From contig NC_052153.1 of the NCBI RefSeq assembly GCF_902713615.1, positions 8,071,569-8,135,568 of the forward strand: DNA of 64,000 nucleotides. Reading direction: 5' to 3'. The notes beneath the pieces were generated by a model. The model saw only the letters and a list, made by a program, of their open reading frames with translations. It did not search any database and was not told where the DNA came from. This document shows, piece after piece, positions 49,825 through 60,294 of this stretch; position 1 is the first letter of the stretch; each line of letters begins with the position of its first letter. This stretch comes from Scyliorhinus canicula. Its lineage: Eukaryota. Position numbers and translations under genes: made by a program.

Positions 49825-51034
49825 GGTACGGGGACAGTAGCAGCAGCAACCCGGGGGGGAGGGGGAGGGAAAAGGTGGGGGGGGGGGGGCGGAGGCGGAC
49901 GATAACTATGTTTGTTTATTTAATTTAAATTTATTTTTAAGTTCTTTTGTTGTTCATTGGGGTTGGGGGGGGGGGGATGTGATACATGCGTCGATACGGT
50001 CTGGGGGTGTTACAGTTATTATGGGTTATTTTGTTGCATTTCATTGTTTGTCGTTATGTTTTATATTTTCTGTAAAAAATTCCAATAAAAATTATATTAA
50101 AAAAAAAGAAAATCCTTTCATGGGATGTTGGTGTTGAGTAGCTCTTGTGAAGGTGATGGCGAGCCACCTGCTTGAACTGTTGCACTCGATGTGGTGTGGG
50201 TATTCTACCAAATGAAGGACGATGGCTGTTTTGAAGGGGCGGTGGGCAGAGGGTTATGTGGATACCAAGTTCTGGGGATTGGGAATGAAGGGAGAAAGCA
50301 GTGGGTCTTGTGGAGCAATTGAGTTCAGAAGGGGCACGGGGAGATAACAGGGGACACATAGAGGGAGTTAGGGCATTGAAGCTGAGGTTTGAGTTAGTGA
50401 GCTGGGTGAAGGGGAGGGCGTGGTGGGGCGGGCGAGCTGTGGGGATCGGTGGTGCAGAGCAGATGCAGTGAAAAAGGTTTAGTTCACTCATTAAATGTTT
50501 ATATTATGAAGAAAGGTTGAACAGTTGGGCTTATACCCATTGAGATTTAGAAGAACGAGAGCTGATCTTATTGGAACATGTAAGACCCTGAGGGGATTTG
50601 AAAGGGTGGATACCCAGAGGATGTTTCCTCTTGCGAGGGAGACTAGAACGTGAGGCACAGTTTAAGAATAAGACGTCTAGGGCAGCACGGTGGTGCAGTG
50701 GGTTAGCCCTGCAGCCTCACAGCGCCGAGGTCCCAGGTTCGATCCCGGCTCTGGGTCACTGTCTGTGTGGAGTTTGCACATTCTCCCCATGTCTGCGTGG
50801 GTTTCGCCCCCACAACCCAAAGATGTGCAGGGTAGGTGGATTGAACACGCTAAATTGCCCCTTAATTGGAAAAAATGAATTGGGTACTCTAAATTTATTT
50901 TTAAAAAGAATAAGACATCTCCCTTTTAAGGCAGAGATGAGATGAGGAGAATTTTTCTCGCTCAAATGGTTGTTAGTCTGTGGAATTCTCTTCCCCAGTG
51001 AGCAATGGAGTCTGGGTCAGTCAATTTATTCAAG

Positions 51035-51398
51035 GCAGAATTATAGAATTTACAGTGCTGAAGGAGGCCATTCGGCCCATCAAGTCTGCACCGACTCTTG
51101 GAAAGAGCACTCTACCCAGGTCCACACCTCCACCCTATGCGTATAACCCAGTAACCCTACCCAACACTAAGGGCAATTTTGGATATTAAGGGCAACTTAA
51201 CATTGCCAATCCATCTAACCTGCACATCTTTGGACTGTTGGAGGAAACCGGAGCACCTGGAGGAAACCTAACCCTAACCCACGCAGACACTGGGAGAATG
51301 TGCAGACTATGCACAGACAGTGACCCAGCCGGGAATCGAACCTGAGACCCTGGAGCTGTGAAACAATTGTGCAAATCACTATGCTACCGTGCTGCCCA
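51035..51398 (-). mobile_element. V-SINE with CR1-like tail; similar copies ~26817-27113 (-), 40175-40500 (-), 52412-52725 (+)
   Basis: V-domain plus tail gatgggccgaatggcctccttcagcactgtaaattcta. Confidence 0.7.
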
Positions 51399-53496
51399 GA
51401 TTTTTGATTGAAAAGGTAGTTGAGGGTTATGGGGGAGGGAGGAAAGTGGAGCTGAGACCACAGCCAGATCAGCCATGATCTTATTGAATGGTGGAGCAAA
51501 TGCAAAAGGCTGAATGAGTCATAATCATAGAGCCTTAAAGTATTGCACACAGAAACAGGCCCTTTGTCCCATCATGTTTGTGCCAGCCATCAAGCACCTA
51601 TCTATTCTAATCCCATTTTCCAGCACTTGTGCCGTGGTCTTGTGTGCTATGGAGTTAGAACTGCTCATTCAAATGCTTCTTAAATGGTTTACTCCTGCTC
51701 CTATGTTTTATGTTTCAAACAGATAACTCTAATCTTGGAAATGTACGAGTCTCAGCAAAATTAATCTAACTTTTATGAATGTGGCTGTGTGGTTGCCTAT
51801 TACTGTCCTGGTTCTGCTTCCTGTTTTTGGTATCACCTGCGAGCATCAAGACATCGCATTAAAATAAATATCCAAAATAATCAATATATTCAAAATACCA
51901 AATGCCCCAATACCCATTAATCTCATTTGGAACTACTTTTCAGGCTCTATGTTGGATCATCCTTTGGTCCTGCTTTTAAAAGCACAGTATACCCATAGTT
52001 ATTCACTATTCCCTGAAGACTTCTGCTCTGTGGTAATTGAAAGATGATCCGGGAAGCGCTTATTTTTTTTCTATTCTTTCACAGGATATGAATGTCGCTG
52101 GCAAAACCAGCATTTGGTGCCCATCTCTAATTGCCCTTGAACTGAGTCACTTGCTGGGCCATTTCAGAGGGTTTTGGGAGTGAAGAGAGAAAGGAGTGGG
52201 TCTTGCGGAGGAATTTTCAGAAAGGGCGTAGGAGATAAGAAGGGTCTGGAGTCAGATGTTGGTCAGACCAGGTAAGGACGGCAGATTTCCTTCCCTGAAG
52301 AACGTTAGTGAACCAGATGGATTTTTACAACGGTCAACAATGGTTTCATGGTCATCATTAGACTTTTAATTCCAAGTTTTTATTAAATTAAAATTTCACC
52401 AAATGTCCTGGTGGGCTGCACGGTGGTTAGCACTGCTGCCTCACAGCTCCAGGGACTCGGGTTCAATTCTTGCCTGTCTGTGTGGAGTCTGCACTTTCTC
52501 CCTGTGTCTGCGTGGGTTTCCTCCGGGTGCTCTGGTTTCCTCCCACAATCTAAAGATCATCCGATTAGGTGGATTGGCCGTGATAAATTGCCCCCTAGTG
52601 TTGGAAAGGTTAAGTGGGGTTATGGGGATAGGGTGGAGGCATGGCCCTAAGGTGCTCTTTCCAAGGGCCCATGCAGCCTCAATGGGCTGAATGGACTCCT
52701 TCTGCACTGTAGGAATTCTATGATTCCAACCGGGCTCCCAGAGTATTACCCTGGGTCTCTGGATTTCTAGTCCAGTGACAATAACAGGACGCCACAATCT
52801 GTTGTCCTGCCAGTCTAAATCCTCCAACCATTACTGAACTGATGGATTGGTCGCTGTGTGTGGGATCTTGCTGCGCGCACGTTAGCTGCCGAAACTCCTA
52901 CCTAAGGAAGCGCCTTTGGGACATACTGAGGTGGTGAAAGGTCGCGATGGAAGTGCGAATACTTACCCTGGCCGTCACTTATTGCCATCCGCTCCAAAAT
53001 CAATGGAAATTATTTTAAAATACTTTTCTCCGGTGTCTGCGGTTCGCCCTGTCTGCTAAATTCAGCGGCAGCAACTTCCCTTTGGCAGGGTGTAAGCCTT
53101 CCTTTGGAGAAAAGACTGCGGTGAGCCAGATTCGAACCAAGTGACCGGCAGCAATTCTAATGCAGCAGGATGAGAGATGGACATGGTGTGGGCTCATGTG
53201 GGTTTGACCCTCCCATCACAATTCTGAGATAGTGTCGTCGGTAAACCGGGGGTGGGGGCATCAGCCACTAAATTCACCGGCAAAAAAACCCCCAACTTGG
53301 ACAGAAAGAGTCTCAGATCAACGTGATATGACTTGATAATGGCCCCGCTGCCTGACGCGCATGGTAACAGCACAAACAAAGGTAATAATCGGGAGAGAAA
53401 CAGCATTGTTATCCCATCTTAACCACGAAAGGTAGCCACTGAAGAGGGTAGGGTTTCTTTTGCAAATGTAAGGGCATAATCGAAACAGAAAGAGCC

Positions 53497-54762
53497 ATGA
53501 AGTCATCGAATTTACACATTCGGAAATGTTCTTTACCCATCGGGGTTCTCTGCAGGAAATACCCCTCCAATACCACTCAATCGGTAAGATCAGAGCCCAG
53601 GATGTCGTCCTTCTCTTCAATAGACAGCCATAGCATCCATCCTGCCAGGATGATCAAGGAGATCAGGGCACTGATGATTGACATGGGCACGGGCTACTTC
53701 AAAGCAGGGTTCGGTGGCCAGGCCAAGCCTTCAGTGGTCATCTCTTCCACGGTGGGCAGGCCCATGCAGCGAAGCGCCAAGACCGGGGACAACCGGCAGG
53801 AGAACTTTGTGGGCAGTGAACTGAGAGCCCCCTTTGAGCTGCGGCTCATCAACCCCCTCCGGCATGGCATCGTGCTGGACTGGACTGGCGCCGAGGCTCT
53901 CCTGTGCTACATCTTCGATAAGGAGCTGAAGGTGCGGCCCGAGGACCACGCCGTGATGGTGGCTGACCCACCCCTCAGCCCCGTTACTAACCGCGAGAGG
54001 ACGGCTGAGCTCCTCTTTGAGGCCTTCGGCATCCCAGCCATTCACATCACCAGGCAGTCACTGCTCTCCATCTATGCCTATGGGTGCACTAGTGGGCTGG
54101 TGGTAGAGAGCGGCTTTGGCTCAAGTTGTGTGGTCCCCATCCATGAAGGTTATATTATGCCGCACATCACTGCTACCGTCGACTATGGGGGAAGCGACCT
54201 CACCAAGTACTTGCTCAAACTTATCAACCACAATGGTTACAAGATAGGTGCCAGTGAGTATCATTTGGTGGAGAAGATCAAACAGGAATATTGTTACACT
54301 GCCATTGACTTTGACAATGAAATGCGTAGTGAGACTAAAGAGTACACAGCACACTATGAACTTCCAGATGGTAAGATTATCACAGTTGGTAAAGAAAGGA
54401 TCAAATGTCCCGAGGCCCTCTTCAATCCATCACTCATGGGCTCCAGAGAGGCTGGGCTGCACACAATGGCTCTGAACATCATCAATAAATGTGACCCCAG
54501 CCTGCTCGAGGAAATGTACAAAAACATCCTCCTCTGTGGAGGCTCGACCATGTTCTCCGGATTCCGCGTTCGTTTCCAGAAGGAATTAAGGAAACTGGTG
54601 CAGGATATGAACCCACAAGTTCAAGCAATTCCTGAGAGGAAATATTCAGTCTGGTATGGAGGGTCAATCCTATCCTGCCTCAAATCCTTTCAACAACTTT
54701 GGGTTAGCAAAAAGGATTATGATGAGCGCGGACCACTGGCCATCTATAGGAAATGTTTCTGA
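53497..54762 (+). CDS. ACTL7B: Actin-like protein 7 paralog (7B-like), intronless, 421 aa
   Basis: gccATG start; actin fold; FGIPAIHITRQSLLSIY, SGLVVESG, QQLWVSK and AIYRKCF resemble recalled ACTL7B; shares AKTGDNR with 7A. A/B orthology is not proven. Confidence 0.75.
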   Translation: MKSSNLHIRKCSLPIGVLCRKYPSNTTQSVRSEPRMSSFSSIDSHSIHPARMIKEIRALMIDMGTGYFKAGFGGQAKPSVVISSTVGRPMQRSAKTGDNRQENFVGSELRAPFELRLINPLRHGIVLDWTGAEALLCYIFDKELKVRPEDHAVMVADPPLSPVTNRERTAELLFEAFGIPAIHITRQSLLSIYAYGCTSGLVVESGFGSSCVVPIHEGYIMPHITATVDYGGSDLTKYLLKLINHNGYKIGASEYHLVEKIKQEYCYTAIDFDNEMRSETKEYTAHYELPDGKIITVGKERIKCPEALFNPSLMGSREAGLHTMALNIINKCDPSLLEEMYKNILLCGGSTMFSGFRVRFQKELRKLVQDMNPQVQAIPERKYSVWYGGSILSCLKSFQQLWVSKKDYDERGPLAIYRKCF

Positions 54763-54880
54763 AGCTGAAGTTTTAATCACTTTTGACCTTTTTTTTAAAA
54801 ACAAAAAACACATTACAGATTTCCATTGTTGAATGTAACTTAAATTAATTGGAGAAAAACTTTTAAAACCATGGAAACAG

Positions 54881-54886
54881 AATAAA
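54881..54886 (+). terminator. Polyadenylation signal of the second ACTL7 gene
   Basis: AATAAA ~120 nt after the stop, followed by a GT-rich tract. Confidence 0.65.
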
Positions 54887-55019
54887 GTCTTATAACTTTG
54901 TGTGATTATTGAAATGGATGATATGGTGATGGGAGTTGAGATGTGATTGCAACAAAGGTCTTGGCTTGAAATTCCACTGGGATCTTTTGACGTCGGGAAT
55001 TAAGGCTGTAGGATGTGCA

Positions 55020-55337
55020 TAGGGTTGCCAACGGTGACTAAGTGTATTCCTGGAGGTTTCATCTGGTGTTTGACACCCCCCCCCCCCCCCCCCCCCCCCC
55101 CCACTCCAGCCATTAATTGACCAACACATCCATCATTGTCACATATTCCTTCTACCTAACGGGAGTAAAAAGTCTGCTTGGCCGTTAGCCTCTCTTTTTC
55201 AATATCAGGTCAAATGAAATATTCAAACAAAATTACACACAAAAAAATCTATTTTAATGCCCCTATGATTTTTCTCCAGTGTTTCAACTCAATTCCTGGA
55301 AACTCCAGGCCAATCCTGGAGGGTTTTGGCAACTCTA
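55020..55337. mobile_element. hAT MITE
   Basis: TIRs tagggttgccaa / ttggcaactcta; 8-bp TSD gatgtgca (55012-55019 and 55338-55345). Confidence 0.8.
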
Positions 55338-56373
55338 GATGTGCATGTGAACTGTAACAAGACCAGAAGTGGAGTTGGGTCTGGCTAGTCTGCATGATGC
55401 TTAGACCAATGTATATAGTCAATTGTTCTGTCCATAGTCTGAACAGGCCAGTGCATTAGCGAAACGTTTCATTTCTTTTGATAATGTTCATTGATGTTCA
55501 TTTAAATACTATTACAATTTAGATTGTTTTACTGGGTTTTAACTACCCACCTTTTATTGTCGCACTTCATTCCAATTGACTCTGAAAAGAGTTTTCCCAC
55601 CCCGCCACCAATTAAGTCAGACTCACCATGTGGAGGACATGACAAGCAAACCTTGGCATGTTTGCTTGCAGGCTCCTGGGGTGGGCACTCAGTGCCTGAC
55701 TGGGAGACCTGGCAGAAGGTGGGATGGGGAGGGGGAGCTACTGAGAGCCACCTCCCTGTCCTTCCTGTTCTGCCCCACCCCACAAACACCGTCCTGTGAC
55801 ATCCACACACCGTCCTTGCCACCACTCACCTGTGCATGGGCCTCTTCTCCATCTGAAGCTTTGGGTGAGTGTAGTACCAGCAGCAGCCATTGCCTCCTCT
55901 GTGCTACTGCTGAGTATTAAAGCAAAGGAGAACCTCCCTCAACTCCCCTCCAGGGGTCCATGATACTGAGTGCCACGGGTTACCACAGCAGACCTTTTCA
56001 AAAGAGGCAGTGTGAGGGTCGCAATGACTCTACAGCCAGTGGTCCAGATCCCTGTTGGCTCCATAAGATTCCACCCGTTGTTACTTGTCACATGACTCTA
56101 GTGCAGGAGTTCTCAACCTTTTTTAACCCATGGACCCCATTTCCTCTTAATTTTTTTTGTGGACCCCCATAGCCATTCCACAGAAAAAAAAGCTTCTTAT
56201 ATGCGTGGTAAACTAATCCTTATATTTTGTCCGATGACTAAAGTCCATCTACCTTACCGTGAGGGTTGGAAACGGATTAGCGGTATTTTCGTACGTTGCC
56301 AAACTTATTCTAATATGAAAAGTAATGAAAAAAACTTTTTACTAAATTGAATTAAATTACTCTAATTAAGTCT

Positions 56374-57094
56374 AGTGCAACAATAAATGAGGCATCCTCG
56401 GATATATATCAACATAACAATTAGTTCTTAGCTCTATGTGAATAATATAACATCCCTCTTCCTTTAAAAAGTGTATTTATATCAATATAACTGTTCAATC
56501 ATTTTCTTCTCTCTACTAAAGAAGCTTTAACAATCAACTCTTATAAATAAACGGAATACTTTTGAGGGTCTTTTACGGTTTTCTTTCCCTAAAAGCATTA
56601 TTGAGCATATCACTTTGGTGCTTGGATGTTGTGTCTCCACCTTGTGTATTTGGCATTCGTCACTCTCAGTGATGAGTTGGCACACTGCACAGGTGATGTT
56701 ATGCATGTTGCTCCTGGTGGAGTCACAACTGATTTTGCTGGTGATGTTGTCTCATTAGTCAGAGCGATGTTGCTGGTCTGGTTGGGATCTTTTCTGCTTT
56801 TCTAGCTCAGGTGCTGGATTCTGTTCCATCTCATTTTCCTCACTAATTTTGGTCTCAATGATGTGTGATCTTACAGCCTCAGCTACCCCAACAACTTCTG
56901 CTGGGTTCCAAGTTATGATTGAATCCGGTACATATAAAGTATGTCATTTCAATAGCTCAGGTAATGACTTAGCATTCTTGTTGAGGTGTTGACCTTTTAC
57001 CTGTGCTTAATTAAGTTGTTATCTTGCTTCCTCATGGTCACTGGGAGGGAATATGTTGCTTTCCAGACTTGTTGTTATATTCTCTTCCATTTAA
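56374..57094 (-). mobile_element. 3' part of the Gypsy element begun at 12857: integrase tail, PPT and 3' LTR start
   Basis: Minus strand begins LNGREY...NKNAKSLPELL...TWNPAEV; PPT aaaggaagaggga then tgttatattattcacatagagctaagaactaattg at 56452. Confidence 0.75.
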
Positions 57095-57594
57095 NNNNNN
57101 NNNNNNNNNNNNNNNNNNNNNNNNNNNNNNNNNNNNNNNNNNNNNNNNNNNNNNNNNNNNNNNNNNNNNNNNNNNNNNNNNNNNNNNNNNNNNNNNNNNN
57201 NNNNNNNNNNNNNNNNNNNNNNNNNNNNNNNNNNNNNNNNNNNNNNNNNNNNNNNNNNNNNNNNNNNNNNNNNNNNNNNNNNNNNNNNNNNNNNNNNNNN
57301 NNNNNNNNNNNNNNNNNNNNNNNNNNNNNNNNNNNNNNNNNNNNNNNNNNNNNNNNNNNNNNNNNNNNNNNNNNNNNNNNNNNNNNNNNNNNNNNNNNNN
57401 NNNNNNNNNNNNNNNNNNNNNNNNNNNNNNNNNNNNNNNNNNNNNNNNNNNNNNNNNNNNNNNNNNNNNNNNNNNNNNNNNNNNNNNNNNNNNNNNNNNN
57501 NNNNNNNNNNNNNNNNNNNNNNNNNNNNNNNNNNNNNNNNNNNNNNNNNNNNNNNNNNNNNNNNNNNNNNNNNNNNNNNNNNNNNNNNNNNNNN
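57095..57594. other. Assembly gap (500 N)
   Basis: Run of N. Confidence 1.
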
Positions 57595-57724
57595 CCCCAA
57601 ACACCCACCCCCTCCCTCTTTCCCCCCCCCCCAACACCCACCCCCTCCCTCTTCTCCCCCCCCCAACACCCCGCCCCATCCCTTCTCCCCCCCCCCCCCC
57701 CCCCAACACCCCGCCCCCCCCCTC

Positions 57725-58210
57725 GGCAGTGTCAATTTCAGCGGCCAGCTGATTGTTTCAGTGAGAGCAGCTTCCCTCTCTGGATCAAAGTGAGCCGGCC
57801 GCTGAAATTGACACTGCCCGCTGCTCTCTCCCTCCAATCCAACTTTTAAGTTTTAATGTTTCTGATTGGAGGGGAGAGCAGCGGGCAGTGTCAATTTCAG
57901 CGGACAGCTCACTTTGATCCGGAGAGGGAAACTGCTCTCTCACTGAAACAATCAGCTGGCCGCTGAAATTGACACTGCCGGCTGCTCTCTCCCTCCAATC
58001 AGAAACATTAAAACTTAAAAGTTGGATTGGAGGGAGAGAGCAGCGGGCAGTGTCAATTTCAGCGGCCGGCTGATTATTTCAGTGAGAGCAGCTTCCCTCT
58101 CCGGAGCCGGCCGCTGAAATTGACACAACTGACAGTTGGGGTCCATCAGCCCCCCTGCGGTATATCGCGAACCGCGGTATTGCGGAGCGCGGTATAACGG
58201 GGGACTACTG
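57725..58210. mobile_element. pogo/Tigger-like DNA transposon end with internal inverted-repeat array
   Basis: Terminus reverse-complements to cagtagtcccccgttataccgcg (MER44/Tigger7-like), followed by TA. Confidence 0.6.
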
Positions 58211-59294
58211 TAGTAGTGGCCGCAATGTATGATGGGACTTAAGCTAGCTAACTTGACCATATTCCTAAAACAGAATCAGACAGAAATAATGTGGTCAGCA
58301 ATAAAGCAGTCATCTCAATAAACAGTTCTTAATAGCAGCTCCAGCATCCTGAGCTCAGACTGACAATGGCACAGACAGAAACCACACAGGTAAGAGAAAT
58401 GGGAATAGGGGAGAGCGAGCGACAGAGGATGCGAGGGGCTTGAAAAATAACAGGTTGCCAGAGAACAGGATGGGGCTAAATCTTGAGCTGATCACGCAGT
58501 CACCATGCTGCCGACAGTAAAATTCATTGGCCAAGGTAAAATCTACAGCTACAAAGATTGGATCGGGTCCGACTGGGGTGAGCTACTGATTTTTGGAAAT
58601 TGTATAACTGCAGAGTGGTTTATCCAAATCACTCCCTCGTATGTTGAACTAAGCTTGGAAAGTAAAAGGGGTCTTAACCACAGTTCTCGTCTCCGTGCGT
58701 CTTTGTGTTAGCTGAACAGTTAGCTGGGGAAATTCCCCACGTAAAAGCCAGCTCAATACTCAGTCTCTGAAAACACTCCGACCGAAAGCACTTGCTCCTG
58801 ATGTGTTAACAGACTCCATTGGAGTCTTGCTTATGTCCATCGACTTTAAGCAGGAGCAGAGCTTCCTTTTAAGCGTGTAATGCCTGTTCTTGGTGATGAT
58901 TAGAGTGATGGTCTAGCTACTATTCTGAAAAGTGAGATTGAGCAGGTGGTCCTGGGCATCTGGTGGCTGCTTGAAAAACAGGCGCCGGAATGTGGCGACG
59001 AGGGGCTTTTCACAGTAACTTCATTTGAAGCCTACTTGTAATAATAAGCGATTTTCATTTCATTTCAAGTAAATTGTTTTAGTTAACCCTCGGACCAGAA
59101 TATGGGGCCATTTGCAGTCTCTGATTTGGTTTGAAGTTAATACAGCATTCTTTGTATTGAGATATTAAATGCTTTCAGAGACTCAGCACAGTGACTATTC
59201 AAGATGCCTGGGTACCATTTGGATACTCTTTTGAAGCTAGAAGGATTGCTAGATCTTGGCCAAAATTAATTGCTAGATCTTGGCCTGCTTTTGC

Positions 59295-59690
59295 CAGAAT
59301 TTAGAAAGTAAAGGGGTGATCTCATCGAAGAATTGTGAGATATTAACGAGAAAGGACAGGCTAGGTAAAGATGAACGATTTCCATTGGTTAGAGATTCTA
59401 AAATTAGGGGGCATAGTCTAAACATTAGAGCTGGACCATTCAGATGTTAGGAAGAATATGTTCACTCAAAGGGTGGTAGAGGTTTGGAACTCTCCCATAA
59501 ACAGCAGTTGAAGCTGGAACAGTTGCTAATTTAAAATATGAAATAGCTAATTTTTGTTAAGCAAAAAGATCAAGGGATATGGGTCAAAGCAAAGGTAGAT
59601 ATATGGAGAAGGCCACAGATCAGACATGATCTCACTAAATGACCAGACAGGCTCAAGGGTCTGAATGGCCCACTCCTGTTCCTATGATCC
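59295..59690 (+). mobile_element. CR1 3' fragment
   Basis: aggggtgatctcatcgaa...ttcactcaaagggtggtagag...gaatggcccactcctgttcctatg. Confidence 0.65.
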
Positions 59691-60078
59691 TAATGTGTGC
59701 TTAATTGCTGGTTGAGGGAATCGTACATTCCGGTAAATTAATGGCCCCATTCATCAGAAATATCAGTGACTATATTTCAGAAGGTACTGCAAGTAATCAT
59801 GAGGTGCTTTAGTATACTGTGATGTAAATGAAAGTTGCTGTGTGAATTTATATTATTCCTTTATTGCAAATGCAGTAGTGTGGGAGTACTTAAACGTTTG
59901 ACCATATATGATGTACTGGTAAAGTTAATCATTAATTCCCTGATCAATTTCCAGAAGAATGGCCTAGGGTGAATGTCAGCATTTCATTAAGTGTGTTTGC
60001 AGATCTACTGGGTATTTTTTTAATAACATGACATTTAAAAGCAGCTGTACAATAGTTAATTATTTTTCTTGGCTTTAG

Positions 60079-60294
60079 GTGAATTTTCCCTCGAATGGCT
60101 CCATCCAAACAGATAAACTAGCTCTTCTGGAAAAGTTGCTCCCTGCACGACATGAGGTTGACATTACTGATGACATGGAACAAGTAGATTTGGTAGATTT
60201 TGATCCACAGCAGTCAAGGCAACGCTACAATGGTGAGGCATATGATGATGACGTGGATCACCCCAGAACAGGAGTTCAGTGTCAGACGTCGTAA
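60079..60294 (+). CDS. DNAJA1: DnaJ homolog subfamily A member 1, last coding exon
   Basis: ctttag|GTG; VNFPSNG...[11 protein letters not shown]...[10 protein letters not shown]...YNGEAYDDD...GVQCQTS* with CaaX motif CQTS; AATAAA 60475-60480. Confidence 0.9.
   Translation: MNFPSNGSIQTDKLALLEKLLPARHEVDITDDMEQVDLVDFDPQQSRQRYNGEAYDDDVDHPRTGVQCQTS

Larger units (their letters stand above)
43851..50107 (+). mobile_element. Full-length L1-clade LINE, disabled
   Basis: 17-bp TSD gaaaatcctttcatggg (43834-43850 and 50108-50124); ORF1, G-rich spacer, ORF2, A tail. Confidence 0.93.

Noticed and set aside
53640-54060. Recent gene conversion between the two ACTL7 genes
   Set aside because: The protein is similar, but many synonymous differences remain even in the best-matching stretch
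9442-54762. Head-to-head ACTL7 pair with APTX inserted between them
   Set aside because: It looks like the mammalian layout but depends on the segment orientation, which the split Gypsy element indicates is wrong
57725-58130. CRISPR-like repeat-spacer appearance
   Set aside because: Eukaryotic context; units are inverted and the spacers themselves repeat
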